A stretch of 64,000 nucleotides of DNA, from assembly GCA_900088475.1 (NCBI GenBank), contig FLMG01000154.1, positions 1 to 64,000 on the forward strand. The letters are read 5' to 3'. The notes under the pieces are model-generated. The model had not been told where the DNA came from, ran no database searches, and worked only from the letters and a program-made list of their open reading frames with translations. A program made the position numbers and the translations under genes. The DNA is from Hyphochytrium catenoides (taxonomy: Eukaryota; Protista; Hyphochytriomycota). The first letter of the stretch is position 1, and each line of letters starts with the position of its first letter. Shown here one piece after another: positions 49,856 to 61,769 of this stretch.

Positions 49856-50677
49856 GTTCCTACGCCCACGAGAGCCTTCCACAGTCTCCTTGTCCCTCAT
49901 TGTCCGAAGTACAATCTCCACCCAGATCTAGTTCTAGGCGCCATAGCAGTACGAGGCCGCGGATCCAGCTCCTAGGATCTTATCATCAACATGGAAGCCT
50001 CAGATATGAAGATCCGATGAGATTTCTCTCTCTCTCTTGAACTTCAACAGCTTCTTCAATGTACTCGGGACGTTAGCGGCTGCATTAGGCTCAGCTAATG
50101 AGCATTCTGATGAGAATCTGAAGTCCCTTTCCTCCTCCTCCTTATCGGGAAGGCAGAGACCGGCGCTCGATGGGAGGAGGGGCAGATATGTTTGATTGAT
50201 AGCTTCAATGGCCTTCTACATCGCGTACAACGCAATGTGAGAGACACAATGAGGTGTTTATTGGTCCCCTGATGATGGTTGAAGAGCTTGTGCTGCACTG
50301 CAGCGAGGGCGACGATGATATGTAGAGCAGCTATTGCGTGGGAGCAAAAGAAGAGAATCTGCCAGCAAGCAACAGCATCGCTTTGTTGAGAATGTATTAG
50401 CGTTACTTGAGCGGAATAAACCAGTGTGTGACCGTCAAGGAGGTGAAAGGTTAAATAAATATGAGCGAGCGTGGCCTCCTACGCCAGTAGTCAGAGCTTA
50501 GGGGACATGGGCGGGCCATCAACAGTGGATCCCACAGCTCCGACCAAAGCTCCTTGCCTGCAGGTAGGACTTCAGATAGCCGCGCGAGCTTTTCTCTTCT
50601 TAAGTGTCACGCGCATCTGCAACGCCAGACATCATGTGCTGCTGTTGCCTAGAGACGTTCTTGAATGACCAACCAGG

Positions 50678-51625
50678 CTATAAGCCAGACCTGTGAGGGT
50701 TCGTGCTTATCTCTTCCTGCTGGCACATTCTATAAAAGGAGGCAGTCTTCCTTGTGATGAGGTCTCTCAGTGCCAGGGAACCAAAGAGCAGCTCCATCAC
50801 CTGCCTCCCACGGTCCCAAATGTTGAGTTAGAATGAGGAGGTGATAGCGCTACAGAGGATCAGAAAGCGAGACCGAGCAAAGGAGCCAAAGCCTAGAGTG
50901 AGCTGTGCTCAAAGTCAAAATATATCAGGAGGAAAGTGGGGATACAAGGCATGTCCTTACTCTAATCTTCGTCCTCCTCTCGTCTAGCACTTACCAGGAA
51001 GACGATAAAGATGGTGGAGGCAATAGAGTCCAAAGGGAAGAGATTTTCAGCAAAGAATCCCAAGAAAAGTGTGAAGGGCAGCTGCAGGAGAAGGGAAAGA
51101 CCTAGAAATCCTATCAGCTGAGGGGTCTGCAAAGCGCGAGAGGCCACTGTTAACTATTGCCTAGAGGAGCTTATCAGGGACTGGATGCCTACGTACTCTT
51201 TGCTGCAAGTTCCCTTTGTACCCGAACCAAAGACGAACGGCATCGGAGAGCAGGGCCGCGCAGAATACTGGGACTTGTAGTGATCGATTGATGCCGTGAT
51301 AGTAGACATAGTTGAGCAGCTAGGGAACACCATAGAGAGGAAACCTATGAGACGAACGGAGACCAAGCGCGGGAGAGAACATGAGGGGAAAGATGGAACC
51401 GGAGGCCGTGGCTTTACCTTGTACCGGAGAACGGCTGCGTAGGAAACAAAGTAGAGACATGAATAGACCACGTTGAAATAAAGTAGCACTTGCAAGGGAA
51501 GGTTGGAGCCATTTGCGACGTAGAGGACTGCCACGAAGAGAGAGCGCGTTATTCAGATGATCACGTTCAGGTACAAACTCAAGAAGGGATGGCTTACGTG
51601 GCTTTTTTACACCCGCTCTATTCAT
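50678..51625 (-). CDS. TMEM17: TMEM17/TMEM216-family ciliary transition-zone membrane protein
   Basis: SNLPLQVLLYFNVVY, RLWFGYKGNLQQR|TPQLIGF and four TM segments. The 3' end may extend further. Confidence 0.8.
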
Positions 51626-52374
51626 TGTAAGCGATGCGGCTGACGGAGAGGCTTGGAGACTAGTCTAAAGCGGACGCTTGAATGCCCAGTGCAATTGCCG
51701 CTCTCTCTCTCTGACTCCTTAGCACCATGAAAGCCCGGGCCATGGACTGAGTCTTCTAAATCGATCCAGACTCACAACCATTACCTCCAGCTATAGTCCA
51801 CGGAGCCCATAAGGTAATCAACTAGCAGCCTTACGTGCTGAAGGCCCCTCAGGCGGCGGCAGCGACACCGGACCTTCCTTCTGCATAGGTCGACAGCATG
51901 AGTGCATCACTCCTAGAGTCTCGAAAGACGGCGATCGCTCAGCGCGGAGGCAAAGAGACAAGCATCAGCAGACCCAATAAACCCAATAATATCTCTGTCG
52001 TTTCGTCCGTCCCGTGGAATCAGAGATATGATCTACAATCAATAATCATTAATGGCGTCATCATCATAGTGACCTGCAGAACTGCAGAATAGAAGAAGAA
52101 ACTCGTTATCTGAAAACTTCAAATATCCCGTTGTCATGTCAACAGCACTCATCCCCGAGGTGGAGGGTAGAGCCTTGCATGAGGCGCTATGATAAGGGTT
52201 GTAGCGCTTTAAGTGGCTTGAGTAGGTCGGAGTTCCAGCGTTTGCGTGAATGGGGCAAGCTTCTTAAGCCCTCGGCGCACAATAGAAAGCACTATTTGGC
52301 GAGAGAGTAGAAACAGCGTGCTTCACTCCGCGATAGGGTTTCTAGGGGGAAGTGCTCTACCCTGTCAAGGAGAC

Positions 52375-55300
52375 ATGTCTGTCAGATCGGGAAAGGAGCG
52401 TGACCTGGGGAAGGATGTTGTGGTCATTCAACCAGGATCCTCTACTCTTAGGTAGGTCAATCAATCCATTGTGTCACCTTCCCCATAAACAGCATGTTGC
52501 CTTACTGGATAAATCAGAATCGGTTTCGCCTCGAACGAGCGCCCTGTGGCGTTCCCGAGTTGTGTAGCTCGACGACTGCGGCCTGGGGCTGACAAGAGGC
52601 TTAAGAGAAAGCGGCAAAGGTAAGACTGCAAAGAAGAGAAAACAACCTAAGTACCGTGAAGGGGAGAATTGGGACCAAAGAAGATGTGTGGAGCGGCCAA
52701 ATATCAAGTCACAAGCGGAGGAGAGCTATTAGAGTTTGTGAAAGGGCGCTATACACGGAAAGCGGCTGTGCTTCCGCAGCAATGAGAAGCCACCTTTGGT
52801 GGCAGGAAAGTGTGAGGACTCCAAGTGAACCGACTTTAATATAAGAGAAGAAGATAAGCGGAAGTCAACAGTAAAATGAGTCAGAGGAAGCACAGCTAAC
52901 AAAGACGGGAGGAGGATGCCAGGAGAGAGCTCGTGGCACCCTAACCGGACTCCCTCCTGTTCTCCAGAAACCAAGAGATTGACATTGACTCTTTCGAAGT
53001 AGAGATGCTTCTCGCGTCCGGGGACGTAGTCAAGCAGCAGCTCATAGTCAGCAAACAGCTGAGGTCAGACTCATTAGTGGACAACGAAGGAATGAATGAG
53101 GTATCCATAAGGCCAAGGTTGCGTAGTGCGATACAACCTAAGGTACTGCGAATGGCCTAGGTGCGGACAGCAGGCGCTAATGACCAGACTGGAAGCAAAG
53201 ATAGGGAAGAGGCGGACGAGCTCAGGCACTCTCCGTCCGAATCGGCCGGGCAGTGGACAAGTGTAGATATGGAGCCAGACCATCTGTTTGGAGAAGACGC
53301 TGTCAACCTCAGGCCATCGGAGCCGTACATAGTTAGGTATAACACGGTACTCGCAGAATATTACCCTTCCTTTTGTAGACGGGTCTGAGCATTATTTCCG
53401 CATCCGGCTGCTCTATCTTCCTGTCAGTCGTACTTCTATTTGACCTTTAAGCGTGTTTGACATCCTCTCTGCTAGGTGGCCGTTCCGGCGAGGGTATTTA
53501 TCTGGTGTAGGACCTGACACTCAGTACGCGTCAAAGGAGGAGCTATTCCACGACATCGCTGCTCTTTTTGAAGAGGGTCTTGCTCATTGTGGATTAAGCA
53601 GAAAAGGATTACGGCAGATGAAGGTTCTCATAGTAATCCCTGATATTTATGATAAGAAAGAGGTGCGTACTCATGCATCTCGATGGTCTCTCCTTGAAGC
53701 TCACCTTGGTTCCTATGACAACTTATTCTTCAAGGCCCTAGATCTTGTACAGATATGTTCGGACCTTGGCTTCTGCGGTTTTACAATGTTTCAAGAGTCT
53801 GTTTGCACCAGTGCAGGTGAGAATACGCAGTCAGTCCGACGGCTCTCATGTCGGCGCACACGGCGCATACTTGGACGTTCCCATGTTGTCCTCAGTCTCC
53901 CCTCTCGGGCATCATATTTCGATCTCATTCGTCCTCCCTATTTTAGCTGCAGGACTAGTTACCTGTTGCGTTGTGGACGTCGGCTCTGAGTCAACTACCG
54001 TGAGCTGCGTAGACGAAGGCTCAGTGGTTCAAGGTCGGTCACGATCTAGTCTTTCCTCTCCACTAACGTAAAACTCTATACATTGAGGTTTGCACGTCTT
54101 CGGTGGTAGTCAATGGCCCTGCTTGGGCTTGGGTGGATTCTGACGGTTGCTTATTGTTTCACTGGCAGGCGCGAGCTGGTTCTTGCCGTATGGAGGTGAC
54201 GACATCACGAACACATTGTTTGCCCTTCTTAAGAAACAAGAACTCCTTACCTCTCCGTTAAGGGTGCGAACGAAATTTCCTTCTTTGTCACCCCATCTAC
54301 TTTAGTTCCTTACCTACCTGCTATGGCAGGATTTGGACATGAATAAGGAGTACGATCGTGCGCTCTTCAGCACCATCAAGGAGAAACTCTGCCATCTACA
54401 GCAGCCGACCTCTGATCCCGCCATTAACATCTACTACCGAAAAGATGCGTCGAGCTCTGACGATTCTGTGCCCATACATGTGATATCCTCGTAAGCCAGT
54501 GTCCACTCTGCCCCTGGCCGCTATACACTATACCTATATCCCTGCCACAAATGTTGCAGCCTTAGGCTGCTCCCGATTTTCATCTTTAGTGATACCCTGT
54601 CCTGCCGTTCACAGTCGTATTCCATGACCTCCATTCCCCTGAACTAACGACCACCTCCCTACTCACCGCATCTTTTCTGCTGTAGTGAGGACTACGTTAT
54701 AGCAGCGAACGCCTATTTCTATCCTGATGTTCTCTTGAAGTTAGATAACACCTCACGATTTGGCTTCGGCTGGCGCACTCCTGCAACGGAAGGCACTATG
54801 TCGCATGGCATCTCTATAGAGGAGTCTACCTATCCAACCCTAAAGAACCCATCGCATGCAAGGGAGGACGTGCTCCCTTCTCACAGAGCCACCTCCTGGC
54901 CCAACCCAGCTGTAGAACGTCAAGGTTCCTTTCCTGTCCCTTTCTGACTTTCACCTAACTTCTAAAGTCTTCTCCTTACAACGTGCAGAACGGCTGGCAG
55001 CGATGGAAGATGGTCTTTCGCCCTCTCGAAGTGGGGACATGTTCTTTGCCAACAACCTTCTATCAGATGATATACAAGGCAGCGAAGGTCGGACCAAAGA
55101 TATTAGTACAGGATCCTCGTCCACCTAACAAGCTTCTTTTGCAGCCATTGTGGCACAGCAGATGGAAGTTGACACCAGTAAAATAACCATCAAAGAGGAA
55201 GAGCCCGAGGCTCGACCCGCCAAGACAAAGCAAGTCACATCCTTAGACAGCCTCAAAGCCATTGATGAGGCCATCTTCCGCTGTATCTGGAAGACGGAGA

Positions 55301-55854
55301 GCTACAAGACGGACTATAGAAAGAAGTTCTTTCGAAATATCCTTTTCTCGGGGGGTGGATCCTTGGCCAATGGTTTTGCTAGCGTGCTGGAGATGAGGTA
55401 CGTAGAAAGGTGCCAGCGATCCACCAGGGTCACTAGATGCGAAGCTGGTTGCAAGGTCATATATAGCGCCACTAGAAGGCACTTCGAATACTGATCTAGC
55501 ATAGGACAGCGATAGCGTAGTACTATCAACCACAAACGCCAGGTCTAACTTCTGGCCGATCAGGATTCAAGATAGAATCAAAGGAAAGGGGAAGAGCTCA
55601 CCTTTCCCTGTTCGCGTCAAGCACAATCCCCGAAACTTGAGCCCCCAAGAAGCTTCATGGTCGGTTGCCGATAATAAGCTGGCGTCTGATTAGCAGAGTC
55701 TAACCCTAGTCCCTTACTGCTACCCCATCGCTGCAGGAGTGGAGCGGCCATCTTAGGATCACTCGAAAGCACTGCAGAAGTGGTGATCGAAGTGAAAGAA
55801 TGGCAGCAGAAGGGTCAGACTGTCCTTAGGGAAAAACTACCCTTCGCTTGGTAG
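52375..55854 (+). CDS. ACTR8: Actin-related protein 8 (INO80 complex)
   Basis: VVIQPGSSTLR|IGFASN, WPFRRG, LIVIPDIY, QESV, CCVVDVG..TTVSCVDEG, LPYGGDDIT, and C-terminal LREKLPFAW*. Confidence 0.9.
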
Positions 55855-56551
55855 AAAAGCTAGAGGCCTTCAACCTTCTGAAATTTGGCAGGGATTGCTT
55901 GCCGACTGAAAATAGAGCGATACTTAGGAAGGAGGTATCAATGACTATCCCCACATCAAGTGATGATACGGATGTCGTCGTGTACGCAGACGGGATACCA
56001 GCCCAGGGACAAACATCTCTTCTCGCTCATCACAGCCTCCACCTTGGTCTCCACAAGGATCCACCGACATGCTGCTCGCTTCTTCATTTCGCTGTACAAG
56101 TAACAGCGTGTATCCCGTCTCGCATCACGGTTAAGGAACAACCAAGAAACAAGAAATGGTTATTCAGAATAAGTAGGCTAATTGTTCGTTGCATCAGGAA
56201 CCTATACAGTCCTTTCACGGATAAGACACCAAATAAACAGACTGAAGAGCGAAAGGACGTCTTGATGTTACAGTAAGCTCTATGCAATTGAAAAGGGCCA
56301 TAAACTTTGTATGAGCGCGTAATCGCTGATCAGTGACGATGAGACATGAGAGAGCTCCGCCGTCGACCGCTCTGACTACTAGCGCTGTACTTCTTTCCTA
56401 CGTAAGAGTTCTTGCCTATTATACGAGTACTCATGAGAGCTAAGACAGGAAGATACCATCGGAGTTCGCCAGTCTGACGCCGAAGCTGGGGAGGCATAGC
56501 CCGACGTTTCGGTCAAAAGATAACAAGCAAGTAGCTACATTTCTTCACACG

Positions 56552-56931
56552 ATGAGCGACCCTGAACACCAAGAGTGGAAACATATGTTTGGGTGTAAGG
56601 TAAAGACACCCATTGACATGCCAGATGATATCTTCATGGACGCCATCAACGTCTCCACAAAGTATATCAGCGAGCTTCCCGACGCAGACTGGGATAGCAA
56701 AGGCCAAGAGGTAACATTAGAGTAAGAAAGACGCTCAAATCCCAGCTTTCTGAGGCCAGTTCTTACTTGCAGGTAGTCCAGAAGATCAAGAGAGACATGG
56801 ACAATCGATGGGAACGGAACTGGCACGTTGTGGTCGGTCACAGCTTCGGTTCGTTTGTGACGCACGAGACCAAGAGATTCCTCTACTTCTACTTTAACGA
56901 CAAAGCGGTTCTGCTCTTCAAAGCAGGATAG
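56552..56931 (+). CDS. Dynein light chain type 1 (LC8 family), 2 exons
   Basis: [11 protein letters not shown]...|[52 protein letters not shown]. Confidence 0.92.
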
Positions 56932-57143
56932 ACGATGCCGGATACCCTTGTCTGCCTGGATGCGAGAGTCACGTCTGAAGGGCTAGCGAAGGGTGTCGAT
57001 AAATGTGCCTTGTAAACTACGAAGTGCTATCTGTGATTTCTTCTGCTTAAACTCTATAGCACAGCCAACATAGCATGTGGGAACAGTTGCGTTGCCTGGA
57101 ATTTGTGCGCGGACCCTCTCTTTGGGAGGCGAGCTTTCTACCT

Positions 57144-58451
57144 TTAGTCAGTTATGATCACACACTGCTCGCTTCCTGGGTATGATGGTAATTGGAGATT
57201 GTACTTGGACGCAATGGTCCTGGGAGTGCGCCAGACGGTGAGAGTAGCCCATTGCATAACTACGACAGAGATGTACGTACGGTGGTACAAAGCGGCCTCC
57301 TAGGTAATGGTATTTGCCCTTGAATTGGCGAGCACATTCCTTCGGTGCAGTCAGCGAGACCAGCATCTGGGGCATAAGACCTGTCCCGGACATATCGCCT
57401 GAACAGTCGGATTGCATTACAAAAACGTCTGACAACTATCCCCGTAGACTAAACGCGCTAAAGAAGGTACCTTGTTCAACGTCCCATCCGGAAGGGACAT
57501 CAATGGAAGCAATGTCAATTGTATAACGAGTTAACTCCTGGATAACCTTGTCGAACGGAGGCCGAAGCTCTCCCTTGAAGCTAGTTATCTATGAGATTCC
57601 TCGCGGAAGTACTTTTTCAAGATAGTGGCCTTACCTGAATCCGAATATAGCGTCGAGAACCAGGTGATACTCCCTGGCAGCCACCTCCCTAAATTGACTA
57701 GTTGAGGCTTTGACTGGCTCATGTCAATAAGTATATCTTACGCTGACGGTAGCTCGTCAAGCAAAGGAATCTTTAGCTGCTCCAGTTGTGCCACCAGGTT
57801 CTTGAAGAGTGATGTCATGTCAAAGTCAGACTTAGCCACCTGTGCGCGTTATTCTGCCTGGATTCTCACCGCAAACAATGGCTTGTTGGGTCTTTTGGGA
57901 TAAACGACTGTCGGATAGTAGCCAAAGTGCTGACCTGGTTGATTAGTTACACTCTCTAGGAGGAAGAGAAGATGGGCTCACCCAGAGGTGCCTTGCTGCT
58001 ACCAAACCATCACCCCTATGACACAGGCCATAAGTCGATGCTTTGCTGCAGATGCAGGGGTAGGTATCCTTACCCGTTATTGCCAGGCCCGCACACAATC
58101 AAGACCTTCTTGTTGAAAGGATAGCTCTTTTCAATTGCACATGCAACACTGAGGCCTATGACAGCACATTAGCCACTTACTAGATTTGAATTGTCACTAC
58201 TTACCAGCAAGTTCCATGAGCTGGTCAATGGAAAAACCCGGGCTTGACATAAGCTCGACGTCGATGGCTTGCGCTTCATCTTGGTTCAGATACTTCACCC
58301 CAGCGACGGTTGGACAAACACCAAAGTTAGCAGGTCTACCCAAAGCAATTTGGTTGAGCCCCGCCGAGCGAGCTTTGCCTGATATGAGTGACAGATAACA
58401 TATGATCCAGCAAACCAGGACACTCTTGTACACTCCAATAGAGGTGTCCAT
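57144..58451 (-). CDS. NAXE: NAD(P)H-hydrate epimerase (YjeF_N)
   Basis: [70 protein letters not shown] and HYLGGRFVP. Several short introns. Confidence 0.95.
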
Positions 58452-59700
58452 GGCTGATTGACTGGGAGGCTGTATGACTACGAAGCGCTAAAGCGCGCTG
58501 CACATCCCTACCCGCATCCTTCCTTTGCCTTGCGCTTGTAACGAACAGTGTCGAATGTGGAAGATTTCCCTGCTGCACATAACATTGCGTGACAAAGCTG
58601 CCATGGACAACTACGCTTTGCTAAGAAGCTCTTGAATGCTTTGATCTACCTGCACACCGCACTCACACATGGATATCCTCCTTACCAGGTACCTTGGCCC
58701 TTGAGAAGGAGAGGTCCAGACGGTCTCCGGTAGAAGCCCTTTATGAGACAGGCACCACGCAGCATTTATATCCGTTTCTTATTGATCGGTAGCTCGGCAG
58801 ATTGAGGTTTTCAGTCAGCTCGCTTCTTGCTTGATCTCTGTAAAAATGGTCCCCTAGGCAGCCCAGCAGCATGCTTTCTGTTGAGAGTTGGCTCAGATGG
58901 GATTCTTGATTCTTGTCTCGGGTTCTTATTACAAGATCCGTGAAGCCGGTAGCGGTTATTCTGTTGAAGTTGTACTTGAACAGACTGAAATCTCAACTAA
59001 TCATCCTCGCCTTCTGATGATGTTTCTTCAGCTACTTCCACATCTTGCGCTCAAAATATATTCATCTTCAATCGCCAGGACCCAACCGCCAACCGTACAG
59101 ATCACTGACAACAATCGAAGCTTCGTGCGGGCAACAAGAAAGCCACGAGTCCGTGCCACGACCCGTTCACAGATCATAACGCAATTATGTCGAGCTCCTC
59201 TCTTAAAGCGATGATATCTTCAAAATCTGCAGAGCTCCAATCCTCCAGCCTTCAATCGCGAGGCCGTCAATCTCTTACGGCAAGCCGTGGCAGTCGTAGT
59301 ATAAGAAAGAGCCAAGCAGAGGGTAAATCTGTTTATTTACAGAGCTGATCGAGGGGAAAAACGGCTTCGGGCTTTACACTTTATGGAGCTCTTACTGTGC
59401 TTTTTCTGCCTTGATTTGCGACTTCTCCGAGTTCATTCTCGATAGAGGCCGAGGCTTATTGAAAAAGAACCTTTTGATTTGGATTTACGCCTCAGGAGAG
59501 ACTGAATCCGTCGCGAAGACGACGGAATTGGAGCTCCTAAGCGATTGCTTTAGCTTGCGTTGAAGGGATGAGCCCATTCATCCATTTTCCAGCTGCCTGC
59601 CAAGTCCTACTGAACAGTGCACGAGACCGTCCAGCGCTCGTTAACAGACGACCGGGCTTCGCCAGCGTTCCATATAAGAGTCTTAGCTCCCAACCCCGTG

Positions 59701-61635
59701 ATGGCGCGTCTGCAGATATCTAGCAGACAACCAACGAAGAGAGTTGAAGACTCACTGGGTCGAGGTCTGGAATGCAAGCGCTTTCGTCTAATTTTACCAA
59801 AATTGGCCAATGCAGGGAGCTTCAAGACAACGGCATCTTCATGGACTATGGAAAGCGATCGGCCGAGGTCTGAGCAGAGCCTGAATCGAAAAAGTGGTTC
59901 ACTCCAAGGCAGAGGGAATGGGGTCAAAAATGCTTTGGGCTTTTTTGCGTCTGGACTTGTGGACGACTTGTGGCCGCTTATCTTAGATTTTCTATCGGAA
60001 GCCGATCTCTATCACACGCTTGTCGCTGGATGCTTCTTGCCGTCAAACGATAATTTGCCCGAATTGGCGGCAGAGATGTTAGCCTTGCGTCTTCCCCTCT
60101 GTCAGAAGAAATACTATGGCATGACAGACTATCCACCGAGTTGGACTTGCTCCTACTACTTGTGCAGTACTCCGCATAAGCAGAATTTTCTCTTGCAGTT
60201 ACTTTCTTTCCGTTGTGTATGGTGCGGAAAGTCTACGCCCTTCTTGTCGCAGCTCCATTGTCATCGCGTCTGCAAGACGTGCTTCGTCAAGCGAAACCTC
60301 TACCGAGTAATTGAAGAAGCAGCTGCTGCCAAAGTGTGGGCAATGGATTCGGAAGTACTAAGCCAAACTATGCCTTATGTCCAAGTTGAAGACGCGCAGG
60401 GTATGCTATTGGCTGAGGACAATGGGCAAAGCGCTAGCCCTGGACCTCGCTTGTACTCGGTAGTTCAGCTGGAGATGCTAGCAAGGCAGTGGAGGTCCAC
60501 AAAGAGGTTTCGACGGATCTCTAGCAGAAGACGAAACGCCAAAAGGCAGCCATATGTCGTATTGTCTAAATCTAGTAGAATCAAACTCCACAGCTCCGGC
60601 ACTCAGCAAGGCAAGGACTCGAGAGCATTAACAAGGTAGGAATGCCCCATTTGCCACCCAGCAAACTTATGCAGAAAAGCGATTTGACCCAAGGGAACCG
60701 TCAACCCTAGCCTTGCCGAAGGTCCAGCCAACGTTTCGATTTTCGAGAATGAAGATCTCCTAACTCAAGACCAAGTCTCCTGTCTACAAGACTGCGACCA
60801 TCGCCACATTGACCTCAGCTTCATCGGTTTTGAAGCCGCCTGGTCTGCAGGAATACTTGGCGGGCTCGTTTGCTTTGTTGCTCAGCACCCACAAGCCTCT
60901 CGTGTCCTTTCAGGAAACCACCTCCCAGCTACCTGCAAGAGTTATCGGACAATTTCTGAGGCTGTCCAAGGATCCGACGCTGGAACCACAATTCTGGTGG
61001 CAGAAGGCCTATACATAGAGGACGTGGACCTGAACAAACCTCTACGACTTGTCGGAGTGGGAGACGTGACGGTTAGCTCTCATAACTCTGTCACCCTTAA
61101 CGTCACCGCGCCTGGCTGTCTGGTGGAAAACATTACCTTCCAGCAGCATCGAAACCCCTTCTTCGGTGTAGCTTGTCGTGGAAGGAGTGCGTCCCTCTTG
61201 ATGCTTGAATGCGTGGTTTACGGTGAAAATAAGACCTGTGTGGCTGTCTACGAGGGAGCTGAGCTGCGAATGAAGAAGAATCTTGTCCGAGGACCTTGCG
61301 CGTTCGCGGGCGTTGCTGTCTTCGACCATGGCAGAGCTTTCATTGAGGAGAATGAGATCAGGGAGTGCTGCACTTGGGCAGTTCAAGTCGATGGGACTTC
61401 AGAAGCTACAATACGACGGAATTATTTGCATCACTGCTGTGCAGCTCTAGGAGCTGAAGAGTACCCGATATTGAATGAGCGCGAGGACAGCAATGACAAC
61501 GTCGTGGACTGCTGCAACACGATCTGGAACTGCGGTCATGTTAACACCTGGTACGACCAGAACTCTTTCTTGGCCATACGCCCACTCGTACAGCATGTTG
61601 TAGAGCTAACTCAAGCTCCACTTACCGACGAATGA
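59701..61635 (+). CDS. F-box-like + XPA-like zinc/DNA-binding module + right-handed beta-helix (FBXO11/NosD-like) protein, 2 exons
   Basis: The intron 60636-60710 (GTAGG...CCCTAG, phase 2) joins ORFs 59617 and 60997 in frame. Motifs LVDDLWPLILDFLSEADL, CVWC...CKTC, and TISEAVQ..TILVAEGLYIEDVDLNKPLRLVG followed by beta-helix repeats. Confidence 0.75.
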
Positions 61636-61769
61636 AAGGGAATGGCCACTCCGTCAAGCTCTATTAGCTGACTTCAGTGGAACAGTAATAAATTAGTTAT
61701 CGCAGAAATGTCAGCGAGAGCTCAAAACTAAATCTCACATGCACAATCAAAAGAGGAGACGGTTGGCGG

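Noticed and set aside
58460-59700. Open frames between NAXE and the F-box/beta-helix gene (also 55848-56276 and 38737-39147)
   Set aside because: No convincing start, splice structure or motif; probably intergenic or UTR.
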